Source of the DNA: Trichoplax adhaerens
Taxonomy: Eukaryota; Animalia; Placozoa
DNA: 64,000 nucleotides
Reading direction: 5' to 3'
Assembly (NCBI RefSeq): GCF_000150275.1
Contig: NW_002060949.1
Location: 4,160,449-4,224,448 of the forward strand
In this document: positions 39,379-52,374 of the stretch, in pieces
Numbering within the stretch: position 1 is the stretch's first letter
Layout: the number at the start of each line of letters is the position of its first letter
Notes under the pieces: generated by a model
The model's database searches: none
What the model saw: only the letters and a program-made list of their open reading frames with translations
What the model was told of the DNA's origin: nothing
Translations under genes and position numbers: made by a program

Positions 39379-42300
39379 ATGGCGGGAAATTTGAAGAGGT
39401 ATGGACAGTCAGAGTAATTTGTTTAGGATGGAGAGAAGAAATGATTCCACTTATTGTAGTGTACTATGAAATATTCTAGTTGGATGTATTGTATTGTATT
39501 TGTGACGAACTAAAATAGTCTCCATTGACCATAGACATAGTATTAATATTGTAGGCATACAGTAATTTCGCAAACTAAGATTGTTTTGATGCTACTGTAC
39601 AGTATAAGGTACAGTAGAACAATTCGTATTGTCAATAATTAATTAATGGCTACGTAAGGACAGTAGATAAATGATGTAACCTTTGGCTTATATGGATAAT
39701 ATCAAGGGATTATACGCAAATTAGCCAAAGTGCAGAGCAAGCTGGTTTATCTTCCCATCTCAATTTAGTCCAAGAATTAGTCCTATCACCCGATAATAAT
39801 CGACAATTTCAATTACTGGAAGCAACACCAGAAATTTTAGAAGCCATTGAAAGTAGCCGAAAGTACGTACAGTATGGGCGTCATCACTGACTCGCAGTCC
39901 AGTCCATTGATTCTGTTGCTTATACATTGAACAAATTTCCAACATGCACAATCAACGTTAAATCTCAACAGCACCATATACTCAATTCTTTATCTATCAT
40001 AGGATTGTATTTCGTGGAGAAGAAGAGGACGATGTCACTTTATGCGTTGACAACGCTACATTCGATGTACGGATTGCCGAAACATCAAATACCTTATTAC
40101 TAAGCCCCAATTGCATATGGCCTCAGCGAGATCACGGTAGAAATAGAGTACAACTCACGTTACATTATTTACCTTTCTTCACATCTTCAATTGTACTTTA
40201 TAAACTACAGTTGATGAATCATAGAATTTCGAACTATGTAGATTAAAGTAATACGAGTACTGTATCTTATAAAAAGAGATCACGATAGCTAAAGAGTGTG
40301 TACGTAGTTCACATCACATTACAGTATTTGCCTTTGTTGTGCTTTGTCAATATCACTTTACGAAGCAGAATGTGGAATGGATGAATATTTTCGCTTTTAG
40401 ACTTGCACACTACAATAGTGATGAAAATTTCAAAAATCATTTTCTCATACTGTAGTATTCCCTGATGCATGTAATGGATCCTAAATTCTTAATTGCTTTA
40501 AATTATTAATTTAATTATCAAAGGTTCAATTTTGTTATTTATTTCAGTCATCAGTCTATTTAGAAGTTATTGAGCTGGGCATGATATTTATTATTCGTAA
40601 TTAACTGAATAGGATCATCATTTCAAGAGTGTAAAGTTCAAGAATGTCAGGTTAGTAGGTAGCTGTTGAAGATCACTTCTGGATCCTCTAAGCTGATATT
40701 AAATATAAATTCTGCTATCTACTTGACATATTCTTATCTATGCTATCCTGGTGTGCTAAAATTAACTTATTTCACCGTTAAATTAACAAATCTATCTTGG
40801 ACCTCAATATTAGAAACTTGAATATCACTACTCTATTAAATTACTCAAAAGATATATATCATTTCCTACTTACTAGACATGGGCTATACCTAAATCATAC
40901 CTAGAATTAAGAAAATGTGGGCCTCGAATTCATAAGCTGAAGAGATTACTACAAGAAAACCCATTTAAAGGCGTTGATGACACAAAAGAAAATAAGGTAG
41001 CATCTACAATTTATTTCAGTTGGACAAACTTTAGTATTAGCAGCTCCTTATACAATTGATAATACGCTACTTGATCGACATTTGCTATCTAATATTAAAC
41101 CGTCTAGCTAGATCGTTACGCGCATTAATTATTTATCCTAACCTCGTACAATAAAACACTTATTCATAATACTAATAAATAGATATCATTTAATTAATTA
41201 TCTAATGATAGCCATTGACAATGTTGTGCATATCTAGTATACATTAAAAGATTTATTAAATAAAGTTCAAGCGAGTGAAGGCGAGCTGCTGGCAGCAATT
41301 GAGGCTATGAATGCCTGCAATATCGACGGTAAATAAAAATACCAATATAGATCTGACTTGTACATTTATCCTATTTCTAAATATTATCATTCTCATAATC
41401 TGCTAAATCTCCAATTATCGAAGGTTATTGGCGTATTCTGGATGAGAGCTACAAAGAACAAGTATTTCAGTGCATTATTAATCTAGTAGAAGAGAAAGAT
41501 TGGAATTTTCACAATTTCTCCCTAGGTGAATGTTGTGATATACTAGAAGAGCTTTATCCACGGTAAACAATATAGATAATATGTTGTTGGTTTATTAATT
41601 ACACCAAGTAATCAATCTTACTTATTAATATCCTGATATATAATTTGTAAGTTATATACGTGATTAATTGACCATGAAAGATATAAATTTCCCGGATAGG
41701 TATATCATAAACCATTGCATCAAGTGTTATGGAACTATCGATGAAGGTAAAGCTATGAGCGCTGATAGTCTGTATTGAGTTTAACTAGCCATATTACAAA
41801 GGTTGCTTACTGCTCTTATACATTTATGTCTGATCGCTTGCAATAATTTTCACAGACAAATGTTTCCTAGATGAAGATAAGGTGTGCCGGCAATGTGCTA
41901 TTTCGATCCTTAAGCCTGCCGGAAAGGTTCGTTTAATAAGACATAATATTTAAACATAGTACTTAACGCCTAGTAAGATCTTATTGTTATAACAAAAAAC
42001 TCCGGCTTCTAGTTTTACGAAATTATCAAATATTAACAAAAAATAGTTCAACTATGAGGAATTCATGCAATGCTGGGAAAGTAGCGTGCCAATAGGAATG
42101 CATACAAAGATCGAACAACTTAAGGTTATCCTTAAAATCTTGACGTGGTTTATTCTTATCTGATAATAATTGACGTAACTAAAACGTAGATAAATTACAA
42201 CAATTTCAGTACACTGTTTAATTTTATATGACTTAGGGTTATGCTTTAACTGATACAACATCTAAACCTCCTGTCATTTGGCTCTTTCAAGTTTCAGAAT

Positions 42301-42722
42301 TACCCCCTGACCCATACGTTCGGTAAGTTTTATTATACCTCAAGCCAAAGTGAGAACTGTGATGTCAAGAACCAGTTAATATGCTCAAATTGGAAAATTT
42401 ACTAACACATCATTTACAAATTTTTCGTAAATAGATTTAATAAATTATTTAAAGTTAGAACAAAGTGGAGCTTGGAAGAAATTGAACCGTATATAAAGTT
42501 AGTCGAATTTCTTTGCAAAATTTTTCACATGCAATATTATATGTTTTATATTAAAGTGTTCCCTACTTGTTATGTACAAAATGTGTACTATTCTGACCTT
42601 ATCAATATAGGGATTTAGCAACGGGTAGTCAATCATTAAATACAATTTTACTGAAGTACACCCGGACGTCAACTGACCTGGTTAGAGGTATTAAAGTTTA
42701 CAGCTCCAAGAAACTAGCATAA
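39379..42722 (+). CDS. DSCC1: Sister chromatid cohesion protein DCC1
   Basis: About 13 exons. Motifs include FQLLE, IVFRGEEEDDVTLCVDNATFDVRIAETSNTLLL, YLELRKCGPRIHKLKRLL, VQASEGEL, CNIDGYWRILD, FMQCWESSVPIGM, RFNKLFKVRTKWSLEEIEPYI and VYSSKKLA*. Confidence 0.92.
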
Positions 42723-43491
42723 CTTCGTGCGTGAAAATTATTTCCATTCATCGAAGCCTATTTTCGTAGATACTTACACACATTGGTCATAGCTGTTTCA
42801 TAGAATTACAGTGACTATGTAAACTATTAATATTGTGCTCCACTAATATTTTAGTAGTACCGCCCTTCATCTTACACTTTTAAACAGCAATTACTCTATA
42901 TTCTGGTAAAGTTTTTTTTACGAAAAATATGGAATAGTAAAGGTCATAGTTCTTTATATCGTTGCGAATTCTACAGCTGGAGATTATAAATAATTCATAT
43001 TGAAACTCATTCCATTAACTACGTCGTTAAAGCAATATTAATATTAATGTCTGTATAAAATTAACACAAAGATTATTAAGTTAGTCCCACCCTATTTTCT
43101 AACGATACATACTTTCAATCTCAGAGATGGTAATAAGTAATAGACAATAAAAGTAACCTAAAATTTTTCTGTCAGCTAAACCGTGATATGTTTGGATTTA
43201 TGTGTAGACTTTGTTCTCTAAATGCACTCTCATAATTGGATTTTACGGTTGCAATGCCGAACGTAATACTGATTATTTCACAGAAAGAAGATAATGCAGA
43301 TACGCGTAGAAGTAATAAACAAGTTTTCTCGAACAAATTATTCTTTATTAGTAGCCAACTTATCTAGCTAATTTCTGAGGTCAGATTCAAGCTAAAAATC
43401 TAAATTTACCGCGATGCCATTCACCATAAGTGTTACTGGCATGATGCGCGGCAATCAATACTACTAATATAAAGTAACTACGATCGTTTAA

Positions 43492-45778
43492 TTACAAAAC
43501 GATAGGATAAGCGGAAGCGACTCTACCGGTACCAGTATTCTTCCAAGTTTGGATATTAAGGTTGAGCTGGTCAACGTACATAGAGCATTTGCCACCACCA
43601 GTAGCAATAAAGCAAGTAGAGTAGACAGCGAAATCATATTCGGGGCTAGTACCAATGAAACCACCGCCGATCTTCTTGATCATATTGTACCATTTAAATT
43701 GGAGAGTCAAAACACGTGGAGTGTTTTTGGGGTACTATATTACCAACACAAAAAAGCCAACAAAAATTAGATTGCACAAATTTTTTCAAGCACTTTTTGA
43801 GTTATATATTAGCAGCACATATAGTATTAGTTCACTTCAGATTATCATAATCTTGCAATTTGAACATTATAAATAGTTGGCGATACTTTGGCATATTCTG
43901 TTATATAATAGGACTTACAGTTCCAATGTAACCGTGGTAGTTGAGGTTATTGGCTTTTTCTTCCAAGTAGAATTGGATCCAACTGTGAAATCCAGTAACA
44001 CTGGAGCTGCATTTCAATTCACCAACGAAAACGTGTTCGAAACCAGAAGTGTCTCTAAATCATGAAATATGGATGCAAAATTTTCAGTATTGTTTTCTAA
44101 TAATGTATATTGCCATATAGCCTCAAAAATGAGACAGTGTAATAGCAAAATCAGTTTCATTCTAAAATTTCGAGTATTAGAGTACCGTATGTAACCTTCT
44201 AAAGCCAGTCATGAAATAATTAATTTGCAAACTCTGTCTATATAGATTATTCAGAAATTCACGGTATGGTAATCAATTAGCACGTATTTTTATACTACTA
44301 TTTCTTTATATAATCGGATATATTAATAAGATTATGCGCTGATTAATGTGATGAATATACTCAAATTAGCAATTTCGTGCATGGAACCAATTGAAGTCTT
44401 CTATCTATACCACAGTATAACAATTTTTATGTACGAATCCACATAAACTTTTATCCAATTCTAATGCTAATCAGTGGACGCGGAATATGGAATTAGTTCG
44501 CTTAGTGATTGTTATTGGTATTTGGATCTACGTAATTTGACCTTCCTCAATGGCTACTACTAGTATTAATCCATCGTATGCAACAAATAATCTTAGCTAA
44601 ATTCTTATTTATGTGGATATATGAGACATAAAAATGTTATTATATACGTTCCTGCTGTAAAAATATAGCTATTATAGTATTTTTGAGATGCTAATTAGGT
44701 ATCAAATATCCTAACGCTCCTTTATGATAGTAATGCTATCAAATTCAACTACGAAATCCCGGTATTATGTATCGTATTTAACTCAATTACAATTATTGAT
44801 CTATTGAATCCATACAGTAACATAGACCTTGACCTCTAACCTACCCGGAAACTTTTCTCTGGTAGGGTTCAAACCAGATTTCATATAATTCATCTTTGAA
44901 AGTAGCAACGTTTGATGAAGCAAGACCATGTGAAACCAAGAAAGAATGAGCATCCTTCATTACTTGGGTTTTCATGATTTCATCCAAGAAAGCCCAGATT
45001 TCATTGACTTCATTGTTGGAGTAGTTTTCAGTAGTACCAGTGCAATGAACGTAGTTGTCCATTAAGGCACTATAAAGATCGATAATAAGATTGAAATATG
45101 TCATTTTTTGATTTAATTAACTTTTGATATTTCTTATATCTGTTATACTATAACCATGAAATTAAGAGAGAACTAAATAAAAATGACGAAGCTACCCTTA
45201 TCTTAGATTATTCTGTAAATAGTAGCATAATAAATAAAATATCGTTGTATAAAAATTTTATAAAATCATAATTTATTTTTTTTAAGTAATTTTTAAATTT
45301 TTTATACAACACAAGTACTAACATATATTTGGCATAAGTTGGCCTGGCGAAAATTTTATTTTCGTTTACGTATTGGAAAAGTGGTTGAGAAGATTTGTCA
45401 CTTGTGCTGGAGCTAGTAGTTGTAGATTGCTTAGAGATGTGGAAATCAGATCCAGCATAGGCACGATTGTAATCGACATTCCAAAAGCCATCTAATGCCG
45501 CTTTAATTTGGCTACTGCTCACACTGTTATATCAGCAGAAAAAAAGTGGTTATATGAACATACATATCAAAAATAATTTATTATGCCATTAATAATTTTA
45601 CGATTTCGAGTTTTCACTTCATGAAACCGATATTCACACACAATATCTAATGATACTCATCATAAACAGTTCAAATTAGGAAGACAATATCGTAATAAGT
45701 ATGTTACGTTCGCCTTTCTTACGCTAAAGCTGGAGTAGCAATAAGAGCAAGGATGCAGAATACTAATTTCATTGCCAT
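43492..45778 (-). CDS. ENDOU: Uridylate-specific endoribonuclease (EndoU/XendoU/PP11 family) with a signal peptide
   Basis: Five exons. Signal peptide [19 protein letters not shown], then [64 protein letters not shown] and SAYP. The catalytic His/His/Lys motifs are present. Confidence 0.92.
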
Positions 45779-48700
45779 AGCGATATATCCAAGAGACTAG
45801 GTCCACCGCAGATGAAAAAAGGTATCAACTGATAACTTCAGCTCTTTTTATACATTTCTTGACTGTGATGACCTTATAACTGTTTGCTTAACTAATTTAT
45901 TGACACGAGAATTGTCAAATAACAAATCGCATATATTCATGATAGCAATATTGTTAATCAAAGAGAGTTCATGAATGATTCATATCCTGTAAATGACAAG
46001 AGTTTACTATTCGCTTAATGAATTTAACTATGTAAATAAACTAACTGTATAGACTCTACCCTCGCGGAGTAAGGAGTTAGTTTAGACATAAAAAGAGTTA
46101 TAATATCCAAGTTATATCATATAGCGTTACTGTTCGTACATGAGTTCATGAGATGATAGCATGCATAAACTATAGTTAAATAATTATAAATTTAAAAGCT
46201 ACCGTATACTATATACTTTCAATAAAGTCATGCAAAATTTGATAGATTTTTTCTTCGTTGTGTAATACCGATAACACGTCGTGATATTGGAATGTTTATT
46301 GTATAATAAAATATTATATTAATTACCGTATCATGCAATGGTACTTAAAAAAGTGTTTTCCTTATTTAGCTCAAAAAATAGCCAGCTATTGATTCCATTC
46401 TCTGATAAACAAGCATAAGATATATTTGTCAAGCAACAAAGATTTGCCATGGTTTCAAATTTGTAGCAAATAAATAAGAAAATGTTTCCGTAACGTTTAA
46501 ACCATTTACATTCGATCACTTGAATTATTTAGTCGAAAATTCAGATAAAAGAATACAATTAATATACTACTTAATGTCAATTACAATCTATTATTCACTT
46601 AATTCTTTATTGATTAGTGAATTATGGTAATCAATTACGTTTACAACGGATTTAAATTATCATAAAATATAATATATCTACAGAAAATTTTTCAACCAGT
46701 GAAAAGTTGTGATATGAATAAGTTTGCTACATAAATCTTTTTATCCTAAATCAGTTATTGTATGCGAATAGATAATCTCCTATTTTGAATGTTAGATTCA
46801 AATAGAATTGCTAATTACAGGAATAAAATTATATTTCTTCAAATATTTAATTTCCTGGAATAAAATTGCCTCCAAATTGGTATCCCTATTATCGTGCCAT
46901 CATCATCATTTTTATTTTAATGCATTGTTGTAAGCACATACTCGTATATAATGTTGGTTAACCTCACTGCTTAATCCATGATATTTAAATGAGAATATTA
47001 ACTAACCGAAGATCGTATACTATAAATCAGCTACTTAGAAATTAGGAATTTCATATACAGCAGTTGATAACTAGTAGGTAATTTTTTGTACATTCTTCTC
47101 TATAGCCATTCAGCATACATCACAAGACGGTGAGGAAACATCCTTGCAGAAATTAATATCTTTCAATATCATGCCTAGACGTTTCAGTTTCTATATTTCC
47201 GTCACGATGCATACATTAATATTTAAGATAGTGAAAAAATTTTAACCTATTGCAGCTTACATTAATGTAACTAATGCAAGTAATTAATGTAAGCACGATT
47301 ACAAACTGTATGCACCGTATACCTAATGTAGTTCTTATCTACAGTATTTGATCCTTTACTGACTTTACTAAAAGTTTTTTAACTTTTCATCGACTGATCA
47401 TGGTAGTACAAGAGGATAAGACTGATATCTTATTCAAAATGTGTATTTCTGTACTATCTAACCAGGGATTACTAAGAGAGAAAAGATGGATTGGAAGTGG
47501 CTCTTCAGTCTAATAAACGTGGGGACCTATATTCTGTACAGTACAAGCTAGCCTTGATCTTACAATATACAGTATGTAAAAGCAATTAATAAAGACATAA
47601 TAATGGTTAAAGATATAGCGTATACCATATTATAATCGATAGATTTATTAACAGAATAAGCTTTCAAATTTTTGACGGTAGCTATTACTGTATTACGCTC
47701 GAATCTGATAACTTTTCGATCCTTTTGTATTTTACTTCGTCGAAGAGTATGGGATTGGCGTCACACTTCCCCAGTTTCATATTAATGCTGATTTACTCAG
47801 GATTGGATCGTATATGGGTAAGAAACTACTATTACGCTCACTACAGGTGGGACCACTTCATGGCTTTAAAAGCGAGCATTTGTAGAGCGGTATATGTGTG
47901 CAGTACAGTATTATAAAAAAGTTAATATACACTGTCTAGAATTTAATGAAGTCATTAAATTTTCAACGCATTTAGGACATGAAGTTTGGTGTACGAACTT
48001 AGCGTGCATTTACGCTGAATTTTCTATCTTGTTATGTAATTTGCAGTTCAAAATTATTAATTACATTTGAACTGAAAGAATTTACTTGTCTATTTAGACA
48101 GTAAAAAGCTATAATTTCAATATCATCGATAATTAATTTATTAACATATCACATTTTGTTCAAATTATTATACATATAGCAATTAATAGCATCAAGATTG
48201 TAATATAAATTTCTTATACTTAAAAAGCATAGACAATACGATCTTCTAAATATTGCTAACGTTAATAATTGATAGGCAATGATATCAAGTAGATGTAGCT
48301 TTAAAAGAGCAGTTTATCTTAACACGGTACGTATACCCATTGGGTGATAACTATGTCAATTAAATGATTATTATCTATGAGAATGTCTTAGAAGAGGCGA
48401 TTACAATTGGTTTGCCTGAAATTATCAAGTCTGGTAATAAATTTGGATACTTAGGGTTCCATTTAAATCTTCACGATGATCATTATTGTGGAGTAGCGTC
48501 ACATCATCAAATTAAAACATTTCCAACTAGTACAGCAATACTCTGTCACCAACTACAAGAATAAGCCAGAAAACATTGCTAATAATTATTGTATATAAGT
48601 TTCATACGTAGCAAACTTATGTCTAATAGCATCATATTACCGCAACGTACGGTCATTAAAATTAAAATTTTACAATTGCAATTAAATGAATTATAGTACC

Positions 48701-49375
48701 ATGTACTCATTTTAATGCAAACATTAGTACGTATGCAATATCGCATATAGGAGGTAGTTTTCAAATTTGATTTCATTTTGTAAGGAAAATTGTTAATAAT
48801 AGAGTCTGACTAATCTGCTATAATTTCTATGCCCAAAATATATAGCCTTAGCGGTAAAACAAAATGCAAAATAAAATAGATCACAGTTAAATTGAAGCTA
48901 ATTAATTATGCGTTAGGAACTGTAAATTACTTCGAAGATAAATATAAGCATTGCACACACGAAATTGCACCTAATAAATAAAGGTTTACACTAAAATAAT
49001 TGTTAATAACTGTCCTAGTATTGGCATAATATAGTTCTCTAGGCAATGCTTAGATTAACTTATTTCCCCTAAATGCTAATCTATACGAAACTTGTAATTA
49101 AAATAACTCTCAAGATTTGTTCAAATGAACGTACTAATACAATTATTAATTGTAGTAAATAAATGATTAAGAATAAATACTACGTAAGCGCTCACGGAAT
49201 GAGAGAGTAAATTCAGGATTGCAAGGTGAAATGTACCAATTTCTTGCTATATAAACACTTACTTTATGAAATTGCAATATCAGTAAATATCACAATACGT
49301 ATCAAGGTCCATTTCATTAATATTACAATGTCATATAATTTCTATTAAATATTTTAAACTACAATAAAGTTAATA

Positions 49376-51325
49376 CTACGTATCGTTCACTATTCCATTA
49401 TTATCTTCCATTGCAGTAAATGATTTCCTAATATTACTTCCACCGAAGCCACGAGCACCAAACCGTTGAATAACTTCCATAAAAAACGATCTTTTCTTAT
49501 CAAGAAGAGGTCGAGTAAACGCTTGCAATAAATACCTGATATAAAATATAAAATCAAGCCAACGTTATCAAAGATCTGTCAGCCATTCCATACTGTTACT
49601 TTGTTTTAGGAATAGAACTTGTATTTTTACTTTGCATCTGGTCTTCTTTGGCCATTACTATTATGACCCTCATTCTCGCATTTATCAAGCTCAAAATCAA
49701 GTAAGACGTTATTCTCTTTAAGATCTTCTGCAGATAACTTGACAGTTTCATGGATATCAGCTTGTTTAAGCTAAATAGTAATAATTTATCATTTCGGTAA
49801 GGGTGTTAGATTATACGTGTATCATTTCAATATCTTTTACACCACACCGTAGGTTAAAATATTGAGAAAAGTACATCATTTTAGCAAATTGATTTACAAC
49901 TCGCTACTTCTCAAATGGTCATATTAATCATAATATCTATATTCATTTTAAAGTCTTAATGAGCTAATTTTTTTTACTAGACGTTGACTAGTAAACTTAC
50001 GTTATTGTAGTATGTATCAGGTGGTGTAACAAATGCTGTACCGGCAGCTTTCATTTGGCCGACAGTATTAGTGATATTTTCCGTATGGAGAGCTATATGT
50101 TGTATTCCTGAGCCTTCTTGTTCCTTAAGGAATCCATTGACATGGTTGTTAACTATAAATTAGTCAATTATATAATTACTATATTAGAAACGTCATTAAT
50201 CGATGTAACGAGCTTCTATTTTGCAATGTTCTCCATCCTGTAATTGTTTGTAACATTATATCTGCCATATTATCAAAATGATACCAGCGCAGTCCATTAC
50301 ATTCTTGATTGATACAGCAAAAGCTAAGTTTGACACAAGTCTTTTTATTTATTTAATACTCTAGCTTATAAGTCAAGTTTACCGTACATTTAATAAATCT
50401 ATAATTACTGTACTCTTCCATGATTACAAACATCATTAGTTGCAAATCAACCGATGATGCTTGTAAAAATATACATACGAGTATTCACGTCAGTATACTG
50501 GTATACATTAATGCACTAAGGAAGTGCTCCATTACGAGGCTTTCTATACTACGACTAGATTGATGACGAGGTTAAGATTGAAAGTGCAAAGGAATCATTT
50601 GTTGTTTTACCTGATATATCTAATGGTTCTGCAAGAAGGAACTTAAAACGACCATTAGACGATTGAATACCTTGTTCGGTACATAGCCAATATTGAGCTG
50701 CAATCATTTTGATATGTAAATCATTTAATGTATACCCATCTTCTTCTTCATCGGCATTAATAGTGAATCGACTAAAATTGAAACATTTCTGATACCAATT
50801 TAACAGCGGAACGGTCGTATTTTGATGACAGATACAAGTAACGTGATCGATATGCGTTACCAGTTGATGGTTGGATTCAGTCGTAGGTGAATTGACATTC
50901 TCCACGTCATTGATAGGCTGATAGCCAGGTAAAAATTGTCCACCATAATGGCTAACATCTAAAAGTGTATGTTGGATGTTTCCGGCAGGCACTTTAACTA
51001 TAGCATAATCGATATAACCATATTGATCTTCAATCCGAGTTGGCGATTGAATAAAGTGTGCTCCATTTTTAACCGCTGTTGCATGTTTTTCAACAAAATC
51101 CTCCACCACTAAGGCGACATCATAGACACTATCATGCGATGCATTTTTCGGTCTTTCCTCAAAAACTGCTACAATATCATCGGAAATCTTTGCAGCAATT
51201 TTAACACCTTGACCTAGTTGCTTGCAAATAGCAAATTTTCGAAAAGAAAATTTCTGGCAAAACAGTTCACATGTCTCGCTAGGACTGCGACAAGAAATAA
51301 CAAAGTGATGTATCGACACCGCCAT
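49376..51325 (-). CDS. HPDL: 4-hydroxyphenylpyruvate dioxygenase-like protein
   Basis: Exon 1 is 51325-50611 (SVYDVALVVED, THIDHVTC, WYQKCFNF, LLAEP). Later exons encode GSGIQHIAL, FVTPPDTYY, VLLD and YLLQAFTRP..FMEVIQRFGARGFGGSNIR. The NIR ending favours HPDL over HPD. Confidence 0.8.
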
Positions 51326-51679
51326 GTTCGATTCAATATCGTCGTGTTGAGGCTGCTAACCAACCCGTTTCAACCCTCTCGGGCTCGTTTGCCTTCGTTG
51401 CTTCTTGTTTGAAAGCTTCACAATAATGCACATGCAGCTCGCCGGTTCCTTATGTATACTCTACTTACAGTGTACAGTAAGGGCACTTCACGTAATCATG
51501 CGTCACCCACTAGCCGCGTAGGACATAAACGACACATGCAATCCCTCGGGGGTCCGATCCGTACCGGTGCTACACGTTTTATTGTAGTGTACGTACAGTA
51601 CAGAAAGAGCCAATGACCAAGGTTGAACTCAATCAACAATCGGATTGTGCAGTACTGTTAACTATCCAGTATGTCACGG

Positions 51680-52270
51680 TGAATGTACAGTACAGTACAG
51701 TGTACAGTGTACAGTACAGCACTGTACGGTACTGTACAGTATTGTACAGTATACTGTACTGTACTGTACGCCTAATGCTGTAATGTTGCCTCATTCATCC
51801 CCTCGCCAGCCCTGCCACTCATAAACTGCCATTGAATTAGACCTGAGTGATTGAATGGATCCATTTATGGATTGGATTTATCGTTAGTGCTTTGTGTCAA
51901 ATAACATCACCAAGTTTCTAGCAGACATGCAATAAAAGCTGAAATCATTTTTTCCAGGTTAACGATTTAAGCTTCTCGCTCTTGACCCGGCCGTTACAAT
52001 TTTTTGCACTTCTATTAACAATCATTTGGATTAGAGGTAGAGATGCATACAGTATGTCATATACTGTAGTACCAGTGTTGACTGGTAGCCGATTCTAACC
52101 CCCGGTCAAATAACCCAAGAATTCAGTACAAAAGTACTACCTAAGCTGCAATAAAGGGTTATAACCCAAGTCAACCACCAGCAATCACCAATAAGCCTTA
52201 TACAGTACTGTACTGTACAGTGCACAGTGTACAGTACAGTATACAGTAGTGCACCACAGTGATGAGACAG
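51680..52270. promoter_or_regulatory. Divergent HPDL/NAE1 promoter region with CAGTA/TACTG arrays
   Basis: Arrays at 51680-51770 and 52200-52270 lie between the divergent start codons. Confidence 0.55.
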
Positions 52271-52374
52271 TATTGCACTGTGATAAATTCGGAATTACTG
52301 CGCATGAACGCTTCAACAACTTAACATCCCAGTCATTCCCAGATCCGAGAAGCCTGAAACTGCACTTGAGCTAA

